A stretch of DNA of 62,786 bases, filler included, from Candidatus Woesearchaeota archaeon (GTDB lineage: Archaea > Nanobdellota > Nanobdellia > Woesearchaeales > GCA-2687795): the NCBI GenBank assembly GCA_030753365.1. It is 6 parts of 6 records of this genome, joined end to end, with 100 filler letters (N's around TTAATTAATTAA, not from the genome) between each part and the next. Parts side by side here need not be neighbours in the genome. Positions count along the whole stretch, not along the records: positions 1 to 8,727 come from JASMCJ010000014.1; positions 8,828 to 33,804 come from JASMCJ010000015.1; 4 more parts are not named here. One strand, written 5' to 3'. The notes under the pieces are model-generated. The model saw nothing but the letters and a program-made list of their open reading frames with translations. It ran no database searches and was not told the DNA's origin. This document shows, piece after piece, positions 1 to 8,990 of this stretch. The position numbers and the translations under genes are program-made. The stretch's first letter is position 1; each line of letters starts with the position of its first letter.

Positions 1-1764
1 TTAGAAGTTGCAGATAAAATACGCAGTAATGTGTCTTACTCAAACAATACTCAGCCAAGCTATAATCCTTTGGATGATGAATTAGTTCTTTACATGCCAT
101 TCAGCAGAGGAAATGAGTTTGATGATCCAACTGTTTTTGACAGGAGCACGTATCGAAATCATGCAAATTGCATTGGTCTAAGTACTCATTACGGCTGTAA
201 CTGGACTTCTGTACCAAATGGAAAAGCATTGTAATTTGAAGGAACTGATGATTATGTATCTACCACTTATAATACAAAAATAGGGGCTGAGGATTTTACC
301 ATTGAGTTTTGGATGAAACCTTCAGGATGGGAATCGACTAGCAATACATATATGGCTGTCCTGTCAAATTCGTGGTTTGGCAGTCCTTATGGTGCCTGGA
401 GCGGAGCTCAGTTCAGCAGGTTAGCAGTTAATTGGGTTGATGGAAATGCTGATGGAGAGCTTGCAATGTTGGCTGGTTGCGTTAACGCTAACCAGAATTG
501 TGCAGTACACAGCACTTTTGCTTTAAGTGATAATACCTGGTATCATGTAATAGGACTAAGAAGAGGAACTACCAATTATTTGTATATCGATGGAGTTTTA
601 AAAGATACTGCTTCAGGCTCAACATCAACTATAGATACTGCTTATAATTATTTGATTGGAAGAAATCCAGACAATACATATCCACGTTATTTTAATGGCA
701 CTGTTGATGAAGTAAAAATTTACAAAAGGGCATTATCCGATGCTGAAATAAGAGCCCAGTATCTTGCAGGTTTAAATGCGACATTAAAGCCTTATGTTGA
801 CAGTTCAGGCAACGTCGGGATTGGGACTGCAAGTCCAGAGGAATTTTTAGTCGTCTCAAAAGCAAATCCTGATGCAGCAACTGGCTTAAGGATTGATAAT
901 GCTGAGGTTGGACAAACAGGGCAGGGAACTAAATTATCTTTTTATCAAAGTGCAACTCCAGTAGAAACAGGAAGGATAAACAGCTCATGGGACGGAGCAT
1001 TATGGCAGTTGATTTTAGGGACAAATGCAGACTATAATACTATGACCTTGGAGAATGGTAAAGTCGGGATTGGGACTACTGACCCTGATGGAGATGGCCC
1101 TGACAATGCTGATAATTTAGTAATAAAGAATTCTGCTGGTCATGCGGGTATGACTATCTTAACCAGTAACACTGGTGTGGGGACTCTCAGGTTCGGAGAT
1201 ACTGATTCTAGTGACAGAGGTACAGTTGGTTACATTCATGCGGCTTCGGCGGCTGATTCATCACTGTATTTCAATACTGGAGGCACGGATAGAAGAATGA
1301 CAATAGATGGGAATGGCAACGTCGGGATTGGGGATAGTAGTCCAGACTATGGTCTAGATGTAGTAGATGACATAAACAGTGACGACTGCTTTAGGGAAGC
1401 AGGAGCACAAGTGGCAGGAACATGCACTTCTGACATCAGATTAAAGAAGAATATCAAACCACTTCAAGGCTCTCTAGATAAAATATTGGAATTAGAACCA
1501 GTAGAGTTTGAGTGGAAAGAAGGCATCGACGAGCTAGGAGGAACGATACGATATGTAGAAGGCAGGCAAGTTGGATTGGTTGCCCAAGACGTGGAACCTG
1601 TTTTACCGCATTTAGTTCATGAAAGAAATGGTTACCTGTCTGTAGAATACAATCTGGAAATGCAAATGATGTTAGTAAACGCAATCCAGGAACTAAAAGA
1701 AGAAAACCAAGAACTAAAACAACTAATCTGCCTTGACCACCCAGAAGAGGAAATATGCCAATGA
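1..1764 (+). pseudogene. 5'-truncated LamG + GNVGIGT-repeat + peptidase S74 (intramolecular chaperone) fibre/adhesin-like protein with one in-frame TAA at 232-234
   Basis: Frame open from base 1; ORFs 31..234 and 313..1764 share a frame and read GKAL*FEGTDDYV (LamG motif); WYHVIG/FNGTVDEVKIY LamG; GNVGIG repeats; TSDIRLKKNI S74 motif. The stop could be a sequencing error. Confidence 0.75.
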
Positions 1765-1806
1765 TAAACACACCCAAAACAAAAGAACAACAAGAGCAGA
1801 TAGAAG

Positions 1807-1911
1807 AATAAAAAATCCCAATCGCAGCAAGCTGCGGGGTATTTTTAGTATTTAGTTTGCGTATTAAGCCGATGCAAGCATCGGGGTATAAAACCCAAAC
1901 TAAATAATTAA
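1807..1911 (+). mobile_element. 105-bp double-hairpin non-autonomous element (family A, copy 1)
   Basis: Exact reverse complement of 20360-20464; hairpins CGCAGC-AA-GCTGCG and CCGATGC-AA-GCATCGG, each followed by GGGGTAT. Confidence 0.8.
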
Positions 1912-1940
1912 GAGCAAGAATAAAAGGGTTGGAAAGTTAA

Positions 1941-2369
1941 ATGCAAAAAACAAATAAGAATTCATTATTAGGGAATTTAGTACTCAATAAACTAGTATTT
2001 TTAATCATAATTATGTTAATGTTGTTGTTAGCCGGTGTTTCTGCAGCAACAAATGTCTCTATAATGCATGGATGGAATGGCACAGATTACATTCCATTTC
2101 AACTGACAACAGATGGGAAACTTATGACAGATATAAATAAGGTAAATCTCACTGCAGGAAAGCTGATAGTTGACACCAACACATTGTATGTTGATGAAAT
2201 TAATAATAGGGTAGGCATCGGAACAACGAGTCCAAACGTAAAACTAGACGTTGCAGGTCAGGTAAACTCAACAGGCTACTTAGTAAATGGTTCAACAGGC
2301 TTCACTGGCACTTGCGCAAATGGAGTAGATTTAACAGTAGTAGGAGGCATAATAACCGCATGCAGCTAA
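1941..2369 (+). CDS. Small secreted RVGIGTTSP-repeat protein
   Basis: N-terminal hydrophobic signal; VDTNTLYVD..NRVGIGTTSP..KLDVAG motif related to the upstream gene. Confidence 0.75.
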   Translation: MQKTNKNSLLGNLVLNKLVFLIIIMLMLLLAGVSAATNVSIMHGWNGTDYIPFQLTTDGKLMTDINKVNLTAGKLIVDTNTLYVDEINNRVGIGTTSPNVKLDVAGQVNSTGYLVNGSTGFTGTCANGVDLTVVGGIITACS

Positions 2370-2622
2370 ACCTTCACAACCCCAAAATCCTCCACATAAA
2401 GCCCAGTTCCCTCTAAAACCCTAGTAAAATCAGCCAGCCCAATTCATAGTAATTCCAGCCATCTAACCATCTAATCTTATTAGTAATATTAGGGTGTTTT
2501 CTTAGCCAAACCTGTCAGTTCTATCAGCCATATCCATCAGTTAACTCAGCCACTTAACCAATATCTTATCTTTTTCAGCAAATTATTTAAACATAAACAT
2601 ATTTCATGTATTGTGAACAAAA

Positions 2623-2835
2623 ATGGAAACTCAACTAATAAAACAAATAGCAGATGATATGTCTTTCATTAAAAAGGATATAATATTGATAAAGAAACAT
2701 ATGGTTGATGTAGATTCAATTCTATCAAAGGATGAGGAATTATTGCTGAAAAAAGCAAGAGAAGAACATAAAGAAGGTGAAACTGTCTCTCTAAAAGAAC
2801 TTGAGAAAGAGTTAAGTGAAGATGTTCACTCTTAA
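2623..2835 (+). CDS. Putative antitoxin (RelB-like partner)
   Basis: 70 aa, ends GETVSLKELEKEL, overlaps the RelE-like gene. Confidence 0.7.
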   Translation: METQLIKQIADDMSFIKKDIILIKKHMVDVDSILSKDEELLLKKAREEHKEGETVSLKELEKELSEDVHS

Positions 2836-3073
2836 ATTCTCCAACCAACCAAGGAAGTTCTTGAATAAGTGTGATGTAAAATTAAAAGAAAGAATTCTTA
2901 GTAAAATCAAGATTCTCAGGTCTGATCCAGTTCCTCATAACGCAGTAAGAGTGATTGGAGAAGAAAGAGCATTCAGGATTCGTATAGGAGACTACAGAGT
3001 ACTATACGAGGTTTTATGGAATAAGAATGAAATCCTAATTGCAATAATTAATAAAAGACCAAGAGTATATTAA
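2822..3073 (+). CDS. relE: RelE/ParE-family toxin
   Basis: FRIRIGDYRVLY and KRPRVY C-terminus. Confidence 0.85.
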   Translation: MFTLKFSNQPRKFLNKCDVKLKERILSKIKILRSDPVPHNAVRVIGEERAFRIRIGDYRVLYEVLWNKNEILIAIINKRPRVY

Positions 3074-3079
3074 TATAAA

Positions 3080-3493
3080 ATGCAAAAATACAAATTCATA
3101 AACGATTTAACATCAGATGTCTTATTCGAAGCTTACGGCAAAGACCTCAAAGAAGTGTTTGAGAACGCTGCTTTAGCTCTATTCTCAATCATATGCCAGT
3201 TAGATAAGGTAAAGCCTAAAGACACAGAAGAATTCGAGATAAAGGGTGAGAATGAAGAAGATCTTATGTTTAACTGGTTACAAGGGTTGATAGCCATAGT
3301 TGACACTGAACATATGTTCTTTTCAAAGTTTAAAGTGGAAGAGATAAATAAAACTCACATAATAGCAAAGTTATATGGAGAGCCAGCAACGCCTGAAAAA
3401 GGTGAAACCGTTGTAAAGGCTGTAACCAATTACAAGTACAGCTTCAAAAAAACAAAAGATGGCTACAAGGCAAGGGTCAGCTTGGATATCTAA
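3080..3493 (+). CDS. Archease (RtcB cofactor)
   Basis: TSDV..EAYG..L.E.FENAA; VKAVT..; C-terminal LDI. Confidence 0.9.
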   Translation: MQKYKFINDLTSDVLFEAYGKDLKEVFENAALALFSIICQLDKVKPKDTEEFEIKGENEEDLMFNWLQGLIAIVDTEHMFFSKFKVEEINKTHIIAKLYGEPATPEKGETVVKAVTNYKYSFKKTKDGYKARVSLDI

Positions 3494-3886
3494 TTATGCT
3501 TTTATCGGAATCCTCACATCAACCTCATCATAACTAATTGTGGGTATAGTCTTAACTCTAACATCTTTAATCTTTTCAATTTTAACAAATCCTGAGTTCT
3601 CTAACAATCTAATATCATAAAGTACTGATTCTTGTTTTCTGCCAGATAGTTTTGCCAATTCATACACAGACTTGGGCTTTTGATTTCTGATTATTTTCAG
3701 TAACTGTATCCTTTTTGGTGTTAGAAATTGTTTAAGCCCATCTATACTTGGAAAAGATATGCTTTCCCTTGCTATCAACCCTCTTTTTCCTTTATCAATT
3801 TTTCTAGCATAACCTCTAATTCTTTCTCTAAACTCCTGTTTAGGTTCTACTATAATTATCAATTTTCTGATTTCCATATTAGTCAA
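3494..3886 (-). CDS. HTH transcription regulator/antitoxin (HVO_A0114-like)
   Basis: LTPKRIQLL..IR..KPKSVYELAK..GR...V..DI..L. Confidence 0.75.
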   Translation of the reverse strand: MTNMEIRKLIIIVEPKQEFRERIRGYARKIDKGKRGLIARESISFPSIDGLKQFLTPKRIQLLKIIRNQKPKSVYELAKLSGRKQESVLYDIRLLENSGFVKIEKIKDVRVKTIPTISYDEVDVRIPIKA

Positions 3887-4187
3887 CCTCCTCTATTTCA
3901 AATTTGTTAACTTCTTCTAAAAACTTATTTATCGTATCTTCTAAATTTTTGAACTCTAATTCTTCTTTAACTAACACATTTTCCTTCAAATAATGTCTAT
4001 GGTGGCCTTCGTTGTTAAAGTTATCAAATCCAATTATCCTTTTATTATTACATATCAATACAAGTGAATACTTTACACCTTCTGGATAAGACTCTGAGAT
4101 AGGCACTTCCCAAGCTGAAAAAGCTATTATGTTTCCTTTCTCTGTAACTTTCCTATTAGGTTCGATAATAGGTATAGCCTTACTCAT
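3879..4187 (-). CDS. DUF6516/TumE-like putative toxin
   Basis: WEVP..YPEGVKYSL...IGFDN...GHHRH; coupled to the HTH gene. Confidence 0.7.
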   Translation of the reverse strand: MSKAIPIIEPNRKVTEKGNIIAFSAWEVPISESYPEGVKYSLVLICNNKRIIGFDNFNNEGHHRHYLKENVLVKEELEFKNLEDTINKFLEEVNKFEIEEVD

Positions 4188-4309
4188 TTTATATATAATA
4201 TAATATCCTATATATAAATTTTTCTAATTGATATGCCCAAAGAATTAAACATTGAAAGAATATAAACTATAGAAGATATTCTTGATTCAGAAAGAGTTAT
4301 TCAAAACAT

Positions 4310-5101
4310 TTATTCTATTACAACAACCCTAATACCATCTACTATAAGCTCATCAGTTTCTGCATCATACAATTCAAGTTTAACAGACTTTCCTCCTGTT
4401 ATGCTTGGGAACTGTGCCAATAACGGAACCACTCTAGCAAGCTTCTTTCCAGCTCCAAGAACATCTTCAGCCGTAAAAGTTTCCCTTGGCTTTGTTTTAT
4501 AAATATCTCTTGAGTCTGCATCATAAATATAAATCTTCACTTCAGGAACAAAAGCTGACTTTTGATTGTCAACAACAAACCCAACAGATGTTATTTTGCC
4601 GCCAACCTCTTTCTTTACAGTATCTATTGTGCCTATAATAAGCTTTATCTTGCCAGTTAACTTAGGAGTGGTATCCACCACTTCTTCTTCCTCCTCTTCT
4701 TCTGGTTCAGTAACTACGGTTGTAGTAGCTGTTGTAGGTGATAATTGTTCTGAATCTTCTGTAGTTTCAGAAGCAGCAGCTGCAGTATTCGTTTCATCAG
4801 ATTTCGTAACAGCCCCGCTAACATTTGTATCTAAAGGATTATCAAAGAAAATAAAAGCTGGCTTAAATATAAGTAAAGATGCAAGGAATAATATTATACC
4901 AACAAAAACTGCTCTTTCAACAGTTCTCGCATCCAATTTGATTGGCTTAAGGCGGATTACAATTTCTCCCTTTTCTTTCTTAGAATCAAACACATCAGCG
5001 TGTTTCTTAGGATGTTCTTGCACTTTGGATTTTTCCTTCTTCCCATCTATATCATATGTTGCAAAGGGAATTTCTATATTCTCTTCTTTTTTTTCTTTCA
5101 T
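4310..5101 (-). CDS. Membrane-anchored protein with Thr/Glu-rich linker and beta-rich C-terminal domain
   Basis: One TM helix, low-complexity stalk. Confidence 0.7.
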   Translation of the reverse strand: MKEKKEENIEIPFATYDIDGKKEKSKVQEHPKKHADVFDSKKEKGEIVIRLKPIKLDARTVERAVFVGIILFLASLLIFKPAFIFFDNPLDTNVSGAVTKSDETNTAAAASETTEDSEQLSPTTATTTVVTEPEEEEEEEVVDTTPKLTGKIKLIIGTIDTVKKEVGGKITSVGFVVDNQKSAFVPEVKIYIYDADSRDIYKTKPRETFTAEDVLGAGKKLARVVPLLAQFPSITGGKSVKLELYDAETDELIVDGIRVVVIE

Positions 5102-5166
5102 TATGCAAATGATGAAATATTATATTATTTAAACTTATCGGAAATGCACTCGTTACAAATACAATT

Positions 5167-5991
5167 TCACCTCAAAGCTTTGACCAATCTGCACATGCTG
5201 CAAATTTTATCAGAACACGGCTCACCGCACTTTTCGCAATAGCCTACTCCTTTATTCTTAAGCTTAAGCTTTTTCTCAATAAAATAATTAATAATATTCA
5301 GTTTCACAGTAGGGTTCTCTTTTTCAAGCTCATCCAATTGTCCTTTCAAGAACCTTCTAAATGCATCAACGGAGCAAGGGCAGTGCTCATACACCACTGG
5401 AAACTTCATAAACTTAGAATATTCCTTAATCTCTTTTTCAGAACAGAAGTATAAAGGCTTTACTCTGGCCACAAACTTCTTATCATTCACAACTCCTGCT
5501 TTAGGCCCAAGCCTTGCATTCATGCTAACTCTCCCTTTCAACAGGTTCATCATAAAATTCTGCGCTTCATCATCAAGGTTATGCCCTGTAACCAGTTTTG
5601 TCTTCCCCAGTTTTTTAGCATATTTGTTAAGTATATACCTCTTCACACTGCCGCATATAGCGCAGCTTTTCATCTTATTGCCTTTAGAGTTGAGCACAGA
5701 TTTCATATAACAGATAGAATATCCTGTAAACTCCTTAACAGAAACTTCGTGCAGCTTTACTCCAAGCTTAGAACAGAACTTCCTAATATTCTTCTTATTC
5801 TTTTCACTATGCTCACCTATAAATAAGTCAATGAACAATGCTTCAATACCATATCCTAACTTATTAAGAATGTAAAGAATAGTAGTACTATCTTTGCCCC
5901 CAGAGCACGCTACTAAGATTTTATCCTCCTTACTTAGCAGTTTATACTTTCTTATGGTTTCCTCTACTTTTTTCTCAATATTTGCTTTCAT
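5167..5991 (-). CDS. tRNA 2-thiolation protein (TtuA/Ncs6, TIGR00269-like)
   Basis: SGGKDS PP-loop, CxxC, TGHNLDD, C-terminal Zn finger. Confidence 0.88.
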   Translation of the reverse strand: MKANIEKKVEETIRKYKLLSKEDKILVACSGGKDSTTILYILNKLGYGIEALFIDLFIGEHSEKNKKNIRKFCSKLGVKLHEVSVKEFTGYSICYMKSVLNSKGNKMKSCAICGSVKRYILNKYAKKLGKTKLVTGHNLDDEAQNFMMNLLKGRVSMNARLGPKAGVVNDKKFVARVKPLYFCSEKEIKEYSKFMKFPVVYEHCPCSVDAFRRFLKGQLDELEKENPTVKLNIINYFIEKKLKLKNKGVGYCEKCGEPCSDKICSMCRLVKALR

Positions 5992-6023
5992 ATGTCAGAA
6001 AATACTTCCTCTCTATTTAAAGT

Positions 6024-6389
6024 TTAAGAAACAATCTCTCTTTTAGGCAATACAGACTGATATTTTTCACAAGCCTTATTACAATAAAAACACTCTTCTT
6101 TTTCTTCTTTAGAAGGCGCAATGCAGCTTCCATTCACAGTATAAACACAAAAATATCTATATGCTAAGACAATGTCTCCATATAAAAATTCATCTTCATT
6201 TCTTATAAACCTTGCAAAAAACATCCCTATCCTATCATCTAATAATAAGTCCTCATGATCCTCTCTAGTCTCCGGCTCAAGGAGACCGCTTAGATTACTG
6301 CGTTTAATTCCATCAAATACAATAAATGGGTTATACTTAGCTTCGACAGGCGCGTTAGATTTTTTAAAGAACGCCATTGTATATTCCAC
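6024..6389 (-). CDS. Hypothetical protein with C-terminal Cys cluster
   Basis: 121-aa ORF, no recognised family. Confidence 0.5.
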   Translation of the reverse strand: MEYTMAFFKKSNAPVEAKYNPFIVFDGIKRSNLSGLLEPETREDHEDLLLDDRIGMFFARFIRNEDEFLYGDIVLAYRYFCVYTVNGSCIAPSKEEKEECFYCNKACEKYQSVLPKREIVS

Positions 6390-6435
6390 TATTAAAGAGA
6401 TTATCTAATCTCTGTTCAAATTTATTCAGCGAAAA

Positions 6436-6526
6436 TGGGTTTAATACCCCAGAGCTCTGCTCTGGCTTTTTATGTCCATTTTCTGGAGTAAAAATGCCCC
6501 GTAGCTTGCTGCGATTGGAATTTTTA
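6436..6526 (-). mobile_element. Diverged family A double-hairpin element (copy 3)
   Basis: TAA-AAATTCCAATCGCAGCAAGCTACGGGGC...AAGCCAGAGCAGAGCTCTGGGGTATTAAACCCA; same layout with a compensated second stem. Confidence 0.7.
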
Positions 6527-6841
6527 CTTAATGAATTTCTTTTCATGAGCATAATATGATCCAATAATCCCAATAACATAAAGCACTGCAATAACTATCC
6601 TATTCCCATAAAAAGAGCCAAACACAAATCCTATCAGGAATCCAACAGTAATCAACATCCATGGAAACTTCAAAGTTTTTTTGAGCTTGAACAACACTCT
6701 GCCTGAAGTTGCCCCGCATAGCAAGATAATAAAATAACTCACAACCGCTGAACTAAGCGATGTTGCCATAAAGAAGCCTAACACAAGCAAAATAAATGCT
6801 AAGATTTCCACCCAGTTTTCATAAAGGTCTAGTTTTGCCAT
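6524..6841 (-). CDS. Small multi-pass membrane protein
   Basis: About four hydrophobic segments; start placed at ATG 6841. Confidence 0.7.
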   Translation of the reverse strand: MAKLDLYENWVEILAFILLVLGFFMATSLSSAVVSYFIILLCGATSGRVLFKLKKTLKFPWMLITVGFLIGFVFGSFYGNRIVIAVLYVIGIIGSYYAHEKKFIK

Positions 6842-6851
6842 TTTAGCTTTG

Positions 6852-7604
6852 CTAAAATACCCCTTCAAACACTTTAAGATAATACACCCAGAACAACACT
6901 CCAACAAGCAGTGCTCCAATAATAGCTAATAAAATATTAATCTGAAGTGATAACATCAAAGCAGCACCTAACACACAGCCAAACAATAACACATAGACTC
7001 CTCTTGAATTAAAGAATACTTTGCTTCCATCCAAAGGCGGGATGGGAAGCATGCTGAACACTGCAAACCATAAGCTAACAAATATAGCTTTTTCAATAAG
7101 CATGTTATTAGGAAAGAACATGAACAGAATCTTAAACACTATTGCAAACATAATGTTTGCTAAAGCACCCATTAAAGAGATAGAACTCATTGTCAGCATG
7201 TTTATTCCATACCTAAAATATCCAATCCTATGGACAGCCATATGATGGAAAACTATTCCCCCTGGTATAAGAAGCCAGACATTGCCTCTTGAAACAAATA
7301 CAAATATCAATCCAAGAACCAATCCAAGCCACCATAGTTTATATTCCACCCTTATGCCCACATGCAGCCCTGCAATCCTCTGCGCAGATATATGAACAAG
7401 AACAACCAATGTCATGATTAGCACAGCATTAAACAGGTTTCTCATTCCAATTAAAATATCAAACTCCTTTGCGCCCCATTCTTTAAAGGAAACAATAAAA
7501 GCCAGGATTAGTATTGTAATTATAAGATCTTTAACTTCTGTCCTGCTGAACATGAAATATTTTTCCAGCTTATCTTTCAAATCACTCATAGGATAAAATG
7601 GCAT
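6852..7604 (-). CDS. M50/site-2 protease-like membrane protein, probably non-catalytic
   Basis: MLPIPPLDG present; HExxH replaced by HISAQ. Confidence 0.75.
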   Translation of the reverse strand: MPFYPMSDLKDKLEKYFMFSRTEVKDLIITILILAFIVSFKEWGAKEFDILIGMRNLFNAVLIMTLVVLVHISAQRIAGLHVGIRVEYKLWWLGLVLGLIFVFVSRGNVWLLIPGGIVFHHMAVHRIGYFRYGINMLTMSSISLMGALANIMFAIVFKILFMFFPNNMLIEKAIFVSLWFAVFSMLPIPPLDGSKVFFNSRGVYVLLFGCVLGAALMLSLQINILLAIIGALLVGVLFWVYYLKVFEGVF

Positions 7605-7649
7605 TTAACTACCCTAGAAAAAGAAGTATATAATATTTACTAAAATTAC

Positions 7650-8495
7650 TCAGATTTTATATTTTCCTTCTTTAACATCTTTTATAACTTTATCATACTT
7701 CTCTATTGTCCCTATATCAGACCAATAGCCAGAAAAAGGATAGCCAACCAGTCTTCCTTCTTTAGCCAATCTAGGGAAAATCTCCTTTTCCAGCATTGCA
7801 AAGCCTTTTGGAATCATTTCAATCACTTCAGGCTCAATTATATAAAATCCTGAATTGATAAGATTAGACGGCGCATCTTCTTTTTTGGGCTTTTCAATAA
7901 ATTCAAGTATTTTAGAGCCAGACAATCTTGCAACACCATACTTGCTTGGGTCGCTAACTGTTGTTAAAGCAATAGTTATCAGAGCATTGTTTTGCTTATG
8001 CAAAGCATACATCTCCTCTATATTAATATCCTTCAACTCATCACCATTGGAAACTATGAATGTCTCATTCAGCAAATGTTTTGCCATCTTTAAAGGGCCT
8101 GCAGTTCCAAGTGGCTCATCTTCTTCTATATATTTTATACTAACACCAAACTTACTGCCATCTCCAAAATAATCCATTATTTTTTCTTTCATATAACCAA
8201 CCGACAGAATAACTTCATTTATTCCAAACTTCTTAAGAAGATCAAGCAGATACTGAGTTATTGTTTTTCCATCTATAGGTATTAATCCTTTAGGTATTTC
8301 ATAAGTAATCGGCCTTAGCCTTGTGCCTTTGCCGCCTGCAAGAATGACTGCCTTCTTAGGTACATTAGCTCCCATAGCCCTTAACAATAAAAGTTCTATT
8401 GCATGGCTTCTATTCTTAATTTTAAAGCCATCAACATTCTTATCAACAGTCTTTAGTATATTAGAATCAAGTGTAAGTGTTACTCTTTCTTTCAT
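7650..8495 (-). CDS. RHH DNA-binding domain fused to sugar-phosphate nucleotidyltransferase
   Basis: MKERVTLTLD...NRSHAIELLL then AVILAGGKGTRLRPIT, EPLGTAG, NGD, WSDIGT. Confidence 0.85.
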   Translation of the reverse strand: MKERVTLTLDSNILKTVDKNVDGFKIKNRSHAIELLLLRAMGANVPKKAVILAGGKGTRLRPITYEIPKGLIPIDGKTITQYLLDLLKKFGINEVILSVGYMKEKIMDYFGDGSKFGVSIKYIEEDEPLGTAGPLKMAKHLLNETFIVSNGDELKDINIEEMYALHKQNNALITIALTTVSDPSKYGVARLSGSKILEFIEKPKKEDAPSNLINSGFYIIEPEVIEMIPKGFAMLEKEIFPRLAKEGRLVGYPFSGYWSDIGTIEKYDKVIKDVKEGKYKI

Positions 8496-8624
8496 AGAAC
8501 AACCAAGAATCACCCTTTTATTTAAATATTTTGTTTTTGTATGAAAAAGTATGATAAACTAAAAGTTTATATACAATCGTCTTATAACGTATGATGACAT
8601 CACATAAAACAGTGAGTGAAATCA

Positions 8625-8727
8625 ATGGATAGAAATATTGCATTAGAATTTGTAAGGGCAACGGAAGTTGCTGCTATAGCTGCTTCTAAATGGTTAGGAA
8701 AGGGAGAGAAAAAGAAAGCAGACGGCG
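8625..8727 (+). CDS. glpX: Class II fructose-1,6-bisphosphatase, N-terminal fragment at contig end
   Basis: MDRNIALEFVRATEVAAIAASKWLGKGEKKKADG. Confidence 0.85.
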
Positions 8728-8827
8728 NNNNNNNNNNNNNNNNNNNNNNNNNNNNNNNNNNNNNNNNNNNNTTAATTAATTAANNNNNNNNNNNNNNNNN
8801 NNNNNNNNNNNNNNNNNNNNNNNNNNN
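8728..8827. other. Artificial contig linker
   Basis: N-run with six-frame-stop TTAATTAATTAA. Confidence 0.98.
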
Positions 8828-8989
8828 TTCAAGCTCTTTCTGCTTCTGAGCCCTCCTATATTTCCCATACTTATCTTCAGGAGAAAACTTTGCTGGAATA
8901 ACGCTCACAGCTTCACCATTGCACTTTGGACAATTCTTTTCCATAGTGTATTGCCCGCACTCTTTACACTTTAATATTGCATTAGCCAT
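8828..8989 (-). CDS. nop10: H/ACA RNP protein Nop10 (3' end at contig edge)
   Basis: CKECGQYTM..CPKC...PAKFSPEDKYGKYRR. Confidence 0.9.
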
Positions 8990-8990
8990 C

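Noticed and set aside
232..234. TAA recoding or alternative genetic code
   Set aside because: Many conserved genes here (dnaK, dnaJ, smc, metK) end properly at TAA.
1..4187. Prophage
   Set aside because: An S74 domain and TA pairs only; no capsid, terminase, portal or integrase genes.
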